DNA of 64,000 nucleotides from assembly GCF_009914755.1 (NCBI RefSeq), contig NC_060925.1, one strand, 5' to 3'. How positions within the stretch are numbered: position 1 is the stretch's first letter; each line of letters begins with the position of its first letter. The DNA comes from the human T2T-CHM13v2.0 reference genome, Homo sapiens. The translations under genes and the position numbers were made by a program. A model generated the notes under the pieces. The model saw only the letters and a list, made by a program, of their open reading frames with translations, was not told the origin of the DNA and ran no database searches. Below, piece after piece: positions 16,407 to 28,359 of the stretch.

Positions 16407-17994
16407 ATAGCAAATAACAATGCAGTGTATACTCAAGATAGCTAGAAGATTTTGAATGTTGTCAGAACAAAGAAATTATAGAAGTTTAAAATAACATATG
16501 TGTAATTACTCTGATTTGGTCATTATACAATTTATACATGCATTGAAACATCACACTCTACCCCCAAAATATGCATAATTATTGTGTGTCAATTATAAAT
16601 TAAAAAAATTAATTAAAAATAAAATTGATCAAGGTACATAAGAGTTAAAGGGGATCTTGTGAAAATAGTTACCACAACTGCAATAAAGATAATAACCATA
16701 ATATTGGTAAAGCAAGTGAACATATCATAGCCATATATTTCAATATTTAAAAAGTTGTATTCTTTATCTATAAATAAAAATTTACTTAGCTAATATGTTC
16801 CTATTTTCACTTTATGCAAGGAACCTTAGTTGTAACCAGAAGTGTAACTCAGACTCTGTTAGATTAAAAATCTTTCTAAGGAAATGATAACTCAGTGACA
16901 TCAAATCCTTGACCTTTCACTTTCCCAGGGTGGTATCTTTTTAGGCATACATAGCATCATGGAAGGGGGTATTCTGGCTTATGACCACCCTCCGGTGTTT
17001 TTTGTGATTGTGGTGTACTTTGCTTCAATTGGCTGTTGTCATCATATGCTAACAGGTGTGCTGAGGTTCACAGTTCTGCCATGACCTTCAGCAATCAGCT
17101 CTAAGTAATCTGACCTGACTCCTCCTCCTCCTTATTCGTATGCAGGTCTGCCAGTCCTCTATTAGTATTGTCATGCTTCCCTACCATTCTTTGAAGGAAA
17201 CTGGGGTGTGTCTCAGGCCCATGATTAGTCAAGGGCCTAGTTCAGCCATTGCTACTCTGTTGATCTGGCAACACAAGGGAAATGGGGCTTCAATAAGATA
17301 ATTGGTGTATCCCGTATGGCTATTACATAGAAAGCAAGGCATATGTTCTCTCTGTTCTCACATCATAAAACAAACTTAAGATCTCTGTATCCCTCTCTCT
17401 ATCTCATGGTAACCAAGGATAAGAAAGCTAGAGCTTGGGACCTTAAAAGGAGATCCCCTGTGTTTTATATAATTGCTCTCCTATACCAATTCACCTCTTT
17501 TTCCATATATCTTGTTGACTGTCTGCTTTTCCTGGAGAGAAAATTAACTTCTACATTATCATGCATTCTTAATTTGTGTGTGTGTGTGTATGTAATTTTA
17601 TGCTTTGTCTCTGATATTTTATGTTAAACTTGGAATTCAAAATAACTCAAGTCCATTTTTTTAAAGACTATATGTTTAAACAGCATCCAGAAGCTCAATA
17701 GAGTTAATTGTTTAGGCTATATCTACTTTCTCTCTGAGAAGATTGTTATTCTTAAGAAAATGTTTAAATAAAGTGAGCGAGATTGCATTGAATCTGTGAC
17801 AGCACAGGGAATGAAGTTAGAGAAAGACTAACATCCTAAATATTGAGTATTAATCTTACTAACAATTTCGATGCTTCCAACACTAGACCTGTGTCTTATA
17901 GAAATTATTTTATTTATTTGTAAAAAAAACAAATAATGCAATTTATATTATTTTAGAAACATAATTAAGTAGCTTATTAAGGGAGAACTACACT

Positions 17995-18160
17995 AACTCT
18001 TTCATTTTGTAAACATGTACCCTAAAACTTAGAGTATAATAATAAAAAAAAAAAAAAAAAGAACACTGAGATTTGGAATGAGATTAATTTAAATAAGAAT
18101 ATGCTGCTTGTCAATGAAAACCTAGGACCAGAACCTAAGATTCCAGATGCTTTCTCTGCT
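17995..18160 (-). mobile_element. Degenerate MIR hosting the L1HS tail
   Basis: cattttgtaaa|...|gaacactgag resembles the MIR core cattttacagatgaggaaactgag. Downstream ctaggaccagaacctaag is also MIR-like. Confidence 0.45.
18013..18060 (+). mobile_element. Extremely 5'-truncated L1HS (Ta-type) 3' tail plus poly-A
   Basis: ACATGTACCCTAAAACTTAGAGTATAAT followed by AAT and a 17-A tail. It is identical to the L1HS terminus, including the G at 18032 where older L1PA have A. Confidence 0.85.
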
Positions 18161-18669
18161 TTATAGTTAAGTGTCACATAGATCTACTTTAATTTCAGTG
18201 AAGTTATTAGCCTTTATGGAGACAGACCTCCACTTCAGAGTGATTTTCACAAACTAATTATGTGATCCCTGAAAGAAATAAATGCCATGTACTAAATAAT
18301 GATGTGATAAAAATAAATTAACATATAGGAAATAAATTTCTAGGCATTATTGCTTTATGTGCTTAAAATGAGTCAGTGAGAGTACCCCTATTCAAACAAC
18401 TCACTTGGCAATGAAATATGTTAACAGTAAAGTAACAAGAAATATTTAGAAAGAAATCTTCCTTAAACACTCAGCAGTTACAACTTCATTTTTTATATCT
18501 TATGATAGCAGAGAAATGATAAGAGAATGAGGATGATTCAATATGGGGCAGAAAAAATGGAAGGGTTACTGAGGACAGATGGCATTGATTGATTTTGACT
18601 GGAGAAAGTAATGCTGTGGGCAAATTTCACCCTTTTGAAGCTGAGTATTATTCTAACGTGAGGACAACA

Positions 18670-20290
18670 GAATTTTAAAATTTTTATAATATTTGAACTA
18701 TACAAAAGAATGCATGTAAGAACAGATGCAGGTTATGATGCAGAATATTAGCAAGAATGTATGTGAACACAATTAAGAACTAGAATATGACAGTGTTACC
18801 TCTACCTATACACTGCTTCTGACCTTAGTCTTTCCCCAGATGTAACTTCTATCCCAGATTTTCTTCTCTAATTTTTAACGTTTTGTCTTTTATATTTAAG
18901 TTTTTCATTCATTGTGCATTGATTTTTATGTATAATGTGAAGTAGCAATCTAATTTCAGTTCATTCTCGTGGATCACTTCAGGTTTCTTTTTCCTGTAAT
19001 ATTCCATGAAATCTTTCACATATATTAACTTTGTTTACATGTGTGAGTCTGTTTCTGAAGTCTCCAAATTGTACCAGTAGTGAAATAGTCTTACTTCATC
19101 ATCAATACTAGATGGTTCTAATTATTACAGTTGTATATTAAGTATTTTTTTCTATTTTAACTTTTATTTTAGAATCAGGGGTACATATTAAGGTTTGTTA
19201 CAAAGGTATACAGAATTAGAAAAAGCTATTATAAAATTACTATAAAATGAAAAAGAGCCCAAATAGCCAAAGTGATTCTAAGCTAAAAGAACAAAGCTAA
19301 AGGCATCATATTATCTAACTTCAAACTATATTCCAAGGCTACAGTAACCAATAGAGCATGGTATTGGTACAAAAACAGGCACATAGATAAATGGAACAGA
19401 CTAGAGAACCCAGAAATAAAACCACACACCTACAACCATCTGATCTTAGACAAACTCAACAAAAATAAGCAATAGGGAATAGAGTTCCTATTCAATAAAT
19501 GTTGCTGGAATGTGCAGAAGAATGAAACTGAACCCCTAATTATCACCATATACATAAATTAACTCAAGATGGATTAGAGACTTAAATGTAAGACATGAAA
19601 CTATAACGCTTCTAGAATAAAACTTAGGAAATACACTTTTTGCTATCAGCCTTGGCAAATAATTTATGGCTAAGTCCTCAAAAGCAATTGCATCAAAAAC
19701 AAAAATTAACAATTAAACTAAAGAGGTTTTACACAGCAAAACAAACTATCAAAGGAGTAAACAGACAACCTACTTCACAAACTATCCATCTACAAAGGTC
19801 TAATATCCAGAATCTATAAATATCCTAAAGTAATAATCAAAAAAGAAATATAATAAATATAGGCCCCTTTCACCCTATACTTTACCAGGACTCTCTTCAT
19901 TATTCTTTGACTTTTTCTCTTCTATATCAATTTGATGTCAGTTTGTCTAGTTTTTTGAAAAACTCTATTTGGATTGTGATTAAAAGTTATTTAAATCCAT
20001 GGAAAATGTTTAAAGTCAGGGAAAACCTGACATCTTAAAATATTGAATTATCCTGTCCAGGTATATGGTATCTCATTTTTTAGGTGTTCTGAAGAGATTT
20101 TCAAAATTCTATATTTTTTATGGATAGATTGTACACAGTTTTTTGCTATTTTTATTTACTTATATTGTTACTGCTTATAATAAATATTATATTTTTTAAA
20201 TTATATTTTCTAAATGTATGCTTAGTATATTTGTGTATATTAATTATATATCCAGAAAACTTATTAAACTCCTCAACTTATTTCTGGATA
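18670..20290 (-). mobile_element. Ancient L1ME-like fragments
   Basis: Diverged antisense L1 ORF2 motifs flank the younger L1 at 19145-19820. Confidence 0.55.
19145..19820 (-). mobile_element. L1PB-like insertion: ~65-bp antisense 3' end joined to an inverted ORF2 segment (19211-19820)
   Basis: ttttattttagaatcaggggtacat...gttacaaaggtata (3' end) switches to sense cagaattagaaaaagctatt... Degenerate TSD TATATTAAGTA / TATCCTAAAGTA. Confidence 0.85.
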
Positions 20291-21880
20291 GATGTTCCAT
20301 GAGTCCTTGAAAAGACTGTTTTGGGTGTTTCCATTATTTGGTGGAGTGTTCTATAAATATGAGTTAAATCAAGTTGTGTCTACTTATTCTATCAATTATT
20401 GAGAGAATGGTAATAAAATCTCTGACTTTATGGATTTATTTATCCTTGCAGTTACATCAGTTTTTACTTCAGGTATCATGAAGTTTTATTATTAGGCATA
20501 TGTATTAGTCCATTTTCATACTGCTATAAAGAACTGCCTGAGACTGGGTGATTTATAAAGAAAAGAAGCTTAATTGACTCAAAGTTCCACATGGCTGGGA
20601 AGGCCTCAGGAAACTTACAATTATGGAGGAAGGGGCAGAGACATGTCTTATATGGTGGCAGACGAGAGAGAGTGGGTGTAGGAGGAAATGTCAAACGCTT
20701 ATGAAACCATCAGATCTCTTGAGAAATCACTATCAGAAGAACAGCATGGGGGAAACCACCCCATGACATAATCACCTCCCACCAGGTCCTGCCCTCACAC
20801 ATGGGGATTATGGGGATTACAATTTGAGGTGAGATTTGAGTGGGGACACACAACCAAACCATATCAGTGTATAAACTTTTAGAATTATTATATTCTCTTA
20901 ATGAATTGACCTCATCTTCATTTTTAAATTATTCATTCTATTCCTGATAATATTTTGTTCTGAACCCTATTTTGTCTAATATTAGTACAGTTATTGCAGC
21001 TTTCTTTGGAAAGGTATGTCTTTTTCATTCTTTGACTTTTGATCAGTTTCTTTATGCTTAAAAAGGATTTCTTATAGGCAACATAAATTTGAATCTTTAA
21101 AAAAATACAATTTAACATTTTATATTAATTTGGTTATTTAGACCATTTACATTTAATGTATTTATTAGTATGGTTGGGTATAAATCTGACATCTTTCCAT
21201 TTTTTTCTATGTGTCACATGTGTTCTTTGTTCCTTTTTTCTCCTTTTCAGACTTCTTTTGAATTTAGCACTTTTATCCTTTTATTATTCCATTTGAGCTC
21301 TTAGGTTTGCTTATTCACTCAAATGTTTTATTGCTTTTTATAAAATGTATATAGTGTACAACTTTACACAATTTGTCTTAAAGTATTACCACATAAAACC
21401 ATATTTTTTAATAAGAATTTTAAAATAATATAGTTGTATTTCTTCACTTTAAGTTTTCATCCTGTGATGTCAGGTATTTTTACTTTTACATATATTATAA
21501 ACCCCACAGTCCATTGTTATTATTTTCGTTAAACATTTAATTATATTTTAAGGGGATTTTAAATTTAAATTTTAAAAATCTACCCACTTATTTACAATTT
21601 TAGGTACTCTATAATCCTTTCTGTGGATTCATATTTATGCCTGGTATCGTTTTGTTCCTGCTTACAGGATATTCCTTAACATTATTTATAGTATAGCTTT
21701 GTTGGTGATGAATTATTTTGACTTTGTATACCTACAAATGTTTTCACTTCACCTTAATATTTGAAAGATATTTTTGTAAGATGACAGTATCTTTTTTCTT
21801 TCATCACTTTAAAGACGTTCACCCACAGTCTTTTGGTTTGGCCCTGTTTCCCACAAGAAATCTGCTGTCATTCCTGCTAA
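20290..21880 (-). mobile_element. Old L1M ORF2 endonuclease/5' region
   Basis: The minus ORF has IYVAYKK...KESCN..NIRQNR, a degenerate L1 EN segment. Also tttagaccatttacatttaatg. Confidence 0.7.
20501..20866 (-). mobile_element. Solo THE1C/D-type MaLR LTR
   Basis: Antisense LTR tgtattagtc...aaaccatatca. TSD GCATA / GTGTA. Confidence 0.92.
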
Positions 21881-21889
21881 GAATCCTTC

Positions 21890-22310
21890 TGTCACAAGAA
21901 GCATTTTTTGTACTTGTCAAAAATGAGTAGACACACAAAGAATAAGACTATGTATGGGCATCAGAAAACTCAATAGACAAACATATATACAAAAACTTGA
22001 TATATAGTATCAAACATAGACTATCAACCATAAATTAAAATAGTAAATTATCTGATTAAGAATGAAAAGAAAGCCAAGTTTGAAAATTATAGCAGGAAAC
22101 TGAAATTGTATAGACTAAAATGCCAAATTTGAAAAAAAGAAATTCCAGGCATAAAAATGCAGTAACAAAAATGAAAAACTCGGTGGATAGTTTTAGCAGC
22201 AGCATAGTTATAGCCAAAGAGAGCATTGGTGAAATGGACAATAGTTAGGAATAAATTATGAAATATGCAGCTAGAGAGACAAAAGGATGGACAACAGACA
22301 AGAGTGGAAG
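21890..22310 (+). mobile_element. Old L1M ORF1-region fragment
   Basis: gaaattccaggcataaaaatgcagtaacaaaaatgaaaaactc..gatag...gagagcattggtgaaatgga is typical of the L1M ORF1 coiled-coil region. Confidence 0.6.
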
Positions 22311-23199
22311 AAATATTTTTTTCCAAAAAGTTAAATTGTGAAATCTTTCCAGGGATATTTCAATGATCTCCAGGGAGCACTCATAGCTGGCCTCTCTCAT
22401 CTGGGGTGCATGTAGCACATGGGTAGCTTCAGTGGCCTATTTACCAGATAGATCATATTCCAAGGAAATCCATGAGCAACATTGGATAAGATGCTAGATT
22501 ATATCAAAATTTTAATCCAAGTATACAGAAAGAATTTGTAGTACATACACTGACAAAAATAACCCTGATACAGCATCAGAAAGGCTAGCTATGGGCACAC
22601 TTGACTATAATGGTCAAATGGGAGCCAGGAGTTTGTTTGCAACAATATCTATAGTGTTTTTATAAATTGGCATTTTATAAAAAATAGATATGTTTAACTG
22701 ACAGTGGATGAACCCAGACCACAGAGGAAAAACTACACAGATTATATTACATGACAATTTATAAATAAATTCAAAACAATATTTTGATATTAACTTCCAC
22801 TTTTGCAATAGACAATGATAAAACCTTTAGCCAGATGTAGCTAAGGGAATTGTTTCTGTTCTGGTTCTAAGTTTCTCTTCTTTCAGAGTGGTGCCTAAAT
22901 TCTATGCATGTCAGTGACCTTTGCTCTTATGGTTGTTTCCTTATACTAAAATTTTATTAATAATACTTATTTATTTAGTCAAGCAATTATTTATGGACCC
23001 ATTATGATAGTCCAAATGTTCTGTTTTCTAATTGTCATCTGAATAGTCTCTATGTCCTTCATATTAACCTGTATTGTAAAGATCAAGAATGGAAAAATAT
23101 ATTGAGATAGTTTATGGAATGAGTTTACCATTATCTGCTCTACATAAAGAGAATCTTTTAATAATTTGATTACCATCAAATGGATTTTAAGTATTTCTT

Positions 23200-23318
23200 A
23201 GATTAAAACTCTTTGAAGGCAGGGATCACATTAAGCTCATTCTTTTGCATTGCTAACACCAAGCATAGTACATAGAAGAGGTACTCAATATTGAATAAGC
23301 AAGAATGAATAAATGAAA
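23200..23318 (+). mobile_element. L2 3' end fragment
   Basis: aaactctttgaaggcagggatc...gtacatag..gtactcaata...gaatgaataaatgaa. Confidence 0.6.
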
Positions 23319-24925
23319 CAATGTTTTATGAACTTTAAAATGTATAATTAGCATGCTTATATATGCTATTTTTACCTATATGTATGTAAGTTGGAGGCTT
23401 GCTCAGTGTTTCCAAAAGGTATTTTGTTATTAATATGTCCTATATAAATACTTAGATATTAAAATTCATACTACATATGTACCTGTGGGGTCACAGGCTT
23501 TGTAGGGAGTTGTGTCAGCTCATTTACATATGTCTCACTATCTTTTATGTAGTGAGGGCCACAATTTTAAGGAATCTCATATCTATTTTCATAGCTTAGG
23601 ACATAAATATGATGTGGATGGTGTCAACCTCATTAACTGCTGCTTTTCAAACCTAAGTAATTTTTTTCTTGTGTTTAGTTCAAAAGAGTTTCAACAAAAT
23701 TGAAAAATACTGATTAGAGTTTACTTTTTCATTTAAATTGAAACTAATCTAAACCAGACTTCTGTTTAGGGTTTGGTTCCACTCCCAGCTCGAGGATAAA
23801 TACTAATTTTAGTCAGTAATTTTGAACTGAATTTCAGATAGAAAGCAATTTCAAAGTATTTGTCTGAGGATATTTTTTGTATAAATATGTTTTTTCCTTA
23901 TTTCATTTTTTTTCAATAAGCATAGGTAAAAATTCTTTACACTCTCCAACGTTCCCTGGATATTTCCATGAATTTTCTTCTGCTTAAAATATGTATTGAT
24001 TTCTTTAGAACACAATTTTCAGCTTCTGTGTGAGCGATAAAGGAGATTCAACATTACATTTTATAAATAATTTTTGGGGGCTGGTAGAAAGATCATATAT
24101 TGAAGATATGTTCTTGCACTGTGATCTGGAAAAAACTGAATATAGTCCTTTGTAGATGTTCCTCTTTACAAAGTACTTTCTCTGAGACTTCTAAAAAATA
24201 CGTTATAGAAATAAAGTAAAATGGCAATCTGCATTGCTGAACAATTTCTATAGTTCTCAAATAGATTGTTCTTGATATATTTTTAAGAACCTTTTGTTGC
24301 TTATTCTGTGACTGCGTTATTTTATTTTAATTTAGTACTGTCATGTGAATAATAAGCAGTCAAGGCTAAAAATTTCCTGCTTTGCAATTCTCTGAATGTT
24401 AATAATTATACTAATTAGCAATTCACAACAAACAGGTCTCAGTCACAGTGAATCATTTCTGCCACATTCACCACAATTTTAAGATCATGAGTAAATTTCA
24501 AGCTACTGTTGTTGTTTTAGAAATTCTCTTCTGTGAACAAAACTCCTCCCTAAATCCATTCAGGTCTAAAAGAATGCACAGATCATTGAGGCTGTAAACA
24601 AAAACAAAAATTACCTTATTTGAAGGAATACATTTCTATCCTCAATGGAGTTAAGCCTCTTGTGTTCAGTTTTAATGCAGATAATTTAGCAATCTATAAT
24701 GTATAAAATAACTTTGCCTGAAGAATTTATTGGCATATATCATTTTTGTTAGACAATTCCATATGGCCGGGAAGGCCGAATGGCCAAGTTATTTAGTCTT
24801 CACTATCAACAGCTAAAATGGTAAATAGCTGGGATGCATGTTCTTCCCTTGCTTGTATCTGGGTAACCCCTATTGGTCCTAAGCAGCATAGCAACTGTCA
24901 TCATGTCTTGAAAAAGTTGTCATCT

Positions 24926-25220
<295 letters not shown>

Positions 25221-25299
25221 GTTGCTATCCACTCTAGACTTAGCTAATGCCCTGCTTTTCTCCCCATCTCCCACTCACATAGGAAGTTATATTATGCAT

Positions 25300-26710
25300 T
25301 ATTCATCACTTACCTCACTACAATTGTGAACCTTGATTTTTCTTTTTCTTTTGAGTTCTGAGCTCTTTGAGACCTATCTGTGTATTTTCAGCACCCAGCA
25401 AAACTCCAGGTATAGGCACACAATAAATATTGTTGAATAAATAAACTGGTATAAGTGAACATACCTATAAATATTTCTTCCATTAGTTAACTCATTGTCA
25501 TTAATTGCACACATATTTGAGTGCCTACTACGTGCCCAAAGGATATTGTGCTACGTAGTGATAGCAACACAAATGGCAGGTTTTGTTAACTAAGTGATAT
25601 GTCAATTTCGAATGAATAAATATTTCTACCTTTTGATCTTTTCCTTTCAGTATTATGCCCACCATGTCCTCTAACATGCATACTTAAGTTTAAATTTTTT
25701 AAATGGGCAAAGTGCACCTAATTTCATTGCACATATTTAAGCAGAGCTTTAGTATTGATTAAAAGTTGTAATGCAGTGCTTCCCTTGCTGACCTCCCAGT
25801 CCATTAATACTGTCTGTATTTCATCAGCAGACCTTTGTAAGCATCCACCATGGGTTAGACTCTCACTGTGCTTGGTGCTTAGGAAAGGGCAGAGAAAGGC
25901 ATATACTATTACTACTGGCCTTATGAGAGTAACAGTCTAGTGGGAGAGGCAAGTGTTTTCCAAATAACTATTTAATGATTACTGTGACTAATATTACAAA
26001 GGAGAATAAAATGCTATAAGAACATAAAATATGAGAGTGAATTTAGAAGGAAGATGGAGTCTTTGTGCTGTTTCCTATACCTAGAACACTCTTCCCACTA
26101 TCATTTCTCTAGTCTAATTTTCAGATCTCACTCTAACAGCTACTTTTTAGAGACCTCCTTAGCCTCCTCTCCCACCTCATCTCAGGCTCATCTAAATTAG
26201 ATCTTTATTTTTTTCTCTCATAGCATTCCATTGTGTCCCTTCAAACCCATTATCATACATGTGTTACATGTGAATTTATGTAATTATTCATTGTTTGTAT
26301 TTTCTGTTGTTTTAAGCTCCAAGGAAGTGAGAGCTGCATTTCTTTTGTTCACATACTCAAGGTTTAGCACAGTGCGTGAATTTATCACGGGTTCAATAAA
26401 TACAGATGGCATACGTAAATGGAGGAATAAATGAATGAGTGAATGTATACATGAATGAACTGATATTTAAGCTAGGTTCTGAGCAACAGTCAGTTGGAAG
26501 TAGCCACATAGAGAATAGAATGCCTTCCAGACAGATGGAACAGCATGTGTGAAAGTGCCTGAAATGCCAGAGAGATATAGGCTCATTTTTGAAGCAATTC
26601 CTGAATATCAGAAGGCAAAGAGTAAAGAGAAAAGGGACACAATATGAAGCTGGAGGCATTGGAACACCCCATAGCTTCCAGAGCCTTTTACACCCTGTTA
26701 GGACGTTCAA
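25300..26710. mobile_element. Cluster of L2 fragments in both orientations
   Basis: L2 3' ends (caataaatattgttgaataaa near 25430; aagctccaaggaag...aataaat..gaatgagtgaatg near 26310-26460) and antisense L2 pieces (tttgagtgcctactacgtgcc). Confidence 0.6.
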
Positions 26711-27869
26711 ATTATATTTAATATTATATATAATACTTGTGTGTGTGCATGTATATGGTCAATTGGTACTGAATTACTACACTGCATTCCAGCCCCCCAG
26801 ATAAGGAAAACTTGATATTTTTGTACCCGCAAACCGTCAAGATGTATACTTAATTCTGCTATATGGAACACTGTTTTTAAAACAGATCACTACTCGAGAT
26901 TATAGAATAGGCGAACTGACTTAGCACAGAAAAAACATGGTGCACAGCACATTCAAATTAAGTCAGACCCTCCATGTGCCTGAAGAACCTGTTGGTAAAC
27001 AGCTGTATAATGAGAGGCTGACTGCTCCCTGCCCTTCTTCAAGTTTGCTTGAGTACTGTGGCTTAGTGTTTGTGTGTGTATGTGTGTTTTCCACTATGAT
27101 TATCCAAAATCAGGAATGCATTTAACAAATAGTAATGATATACTGGAAATAAAATTTTCCACCTAAGACTTCACCTCACTAGTTAGCCTCGTTTTCAGAA
27201 GGCTTGAACATACATACACTCATACACATTGTCCATACAATTACTTTGAAATACAAATGAGATTTGAGATTACATTATATTGTGTCTAGACCCTGATGTT
27301 CAAAGTCAGAAAATTATACTTTAGAGTATAAGTGACTCAGTGCATTTAGAGTTTGGCCTTAGGTGGGAATATGCTACATTTACACTATCGGCTGCAACTG
27401 TGAATGGAGAAATGAAGAAAGGTGATATAAACACAAGGTTTGGCATATCAGGTTTTCCTATTCTTAAAGTCAGCTTATGAGTTCACATAAGTCATTTTGT
27501 TAAGGCGTGGACTTTGTGTTTTCTCCATTTTGAATCTGTAAGAGAACAGGGAGCTTTTTATTTAGTGAACTCTTGCAAAGACACAAACCCCTGGACATCT
27601 AAAGCATCTCTCATTCATTAGATGCAGTCAGACAGAGGTTTGTGTGCTCTCAGTGACCTTGCTACCACACTCTAGCTTCCTGGAGCAATGCTGGAGTGTG
27701 TTCCTTTCTGGCTTGGAGTCTTTCGCATGACAGGCTCTGAACACATTCATCGAATATGTTAAAGAACTCAGATCCTTTCTGGGCATGACCTTATTTGTTG
27801 TAAATACTCTCAAGGGAGGGTATTAGTTGTTCCCAGTCCCTGGAATACTCCTAATTTGTGGTATAATGC

Positions 27870-28045
27870 TAGCTGATGCCAGCTAACATTTATTACAGGC
27901 TTATTTTGTTCCATTAGTTTTCATATATTAAATCATTTATTTCTTACAACAAACCTAGAAGGTAAACACAGACGAGGTTCACAGAGTTTATCCAAAGTCA
28001 CATAACTATGAATCATAAAGCTGGAATTTGGACACGAACAGTCTG
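27870..28045 (-). mobile_element. MIR fragment, the target of the adjacent Alu
   Basis: agctaacatttatt...tcatttatttcttacaacaaacct...ccaaagtcaca...ctggaattt...gtctgac. Confidence 0.6.
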
Positions 28046-28057
28046 ACTTCCTCCATC

Positions 28058-28359
<302 letters not shown>

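Larger units (their letters stand above)
11521..16625 (+). mobile_element. L1MA-type element with an inverted 5' segment (11521-~12260 antisense; ~12262-13116 and 16412-16625 sense), interrupted by THE1
   Basis: Orientation switches near 12261. The sense part encodes KKLKIELPYDPAIP. The 3' UTR resumes exactly after the THE1 TSD and ends in an A-rich tail. Confidence 0.85.

Noticed and set aside
22440-24720. Minus-strand exon-like segments (~22446-22549, ~24060-24192, ~24616-24717)
   Set aside because: The frames contain stops or lack a convincing donor; no coherent coding model.
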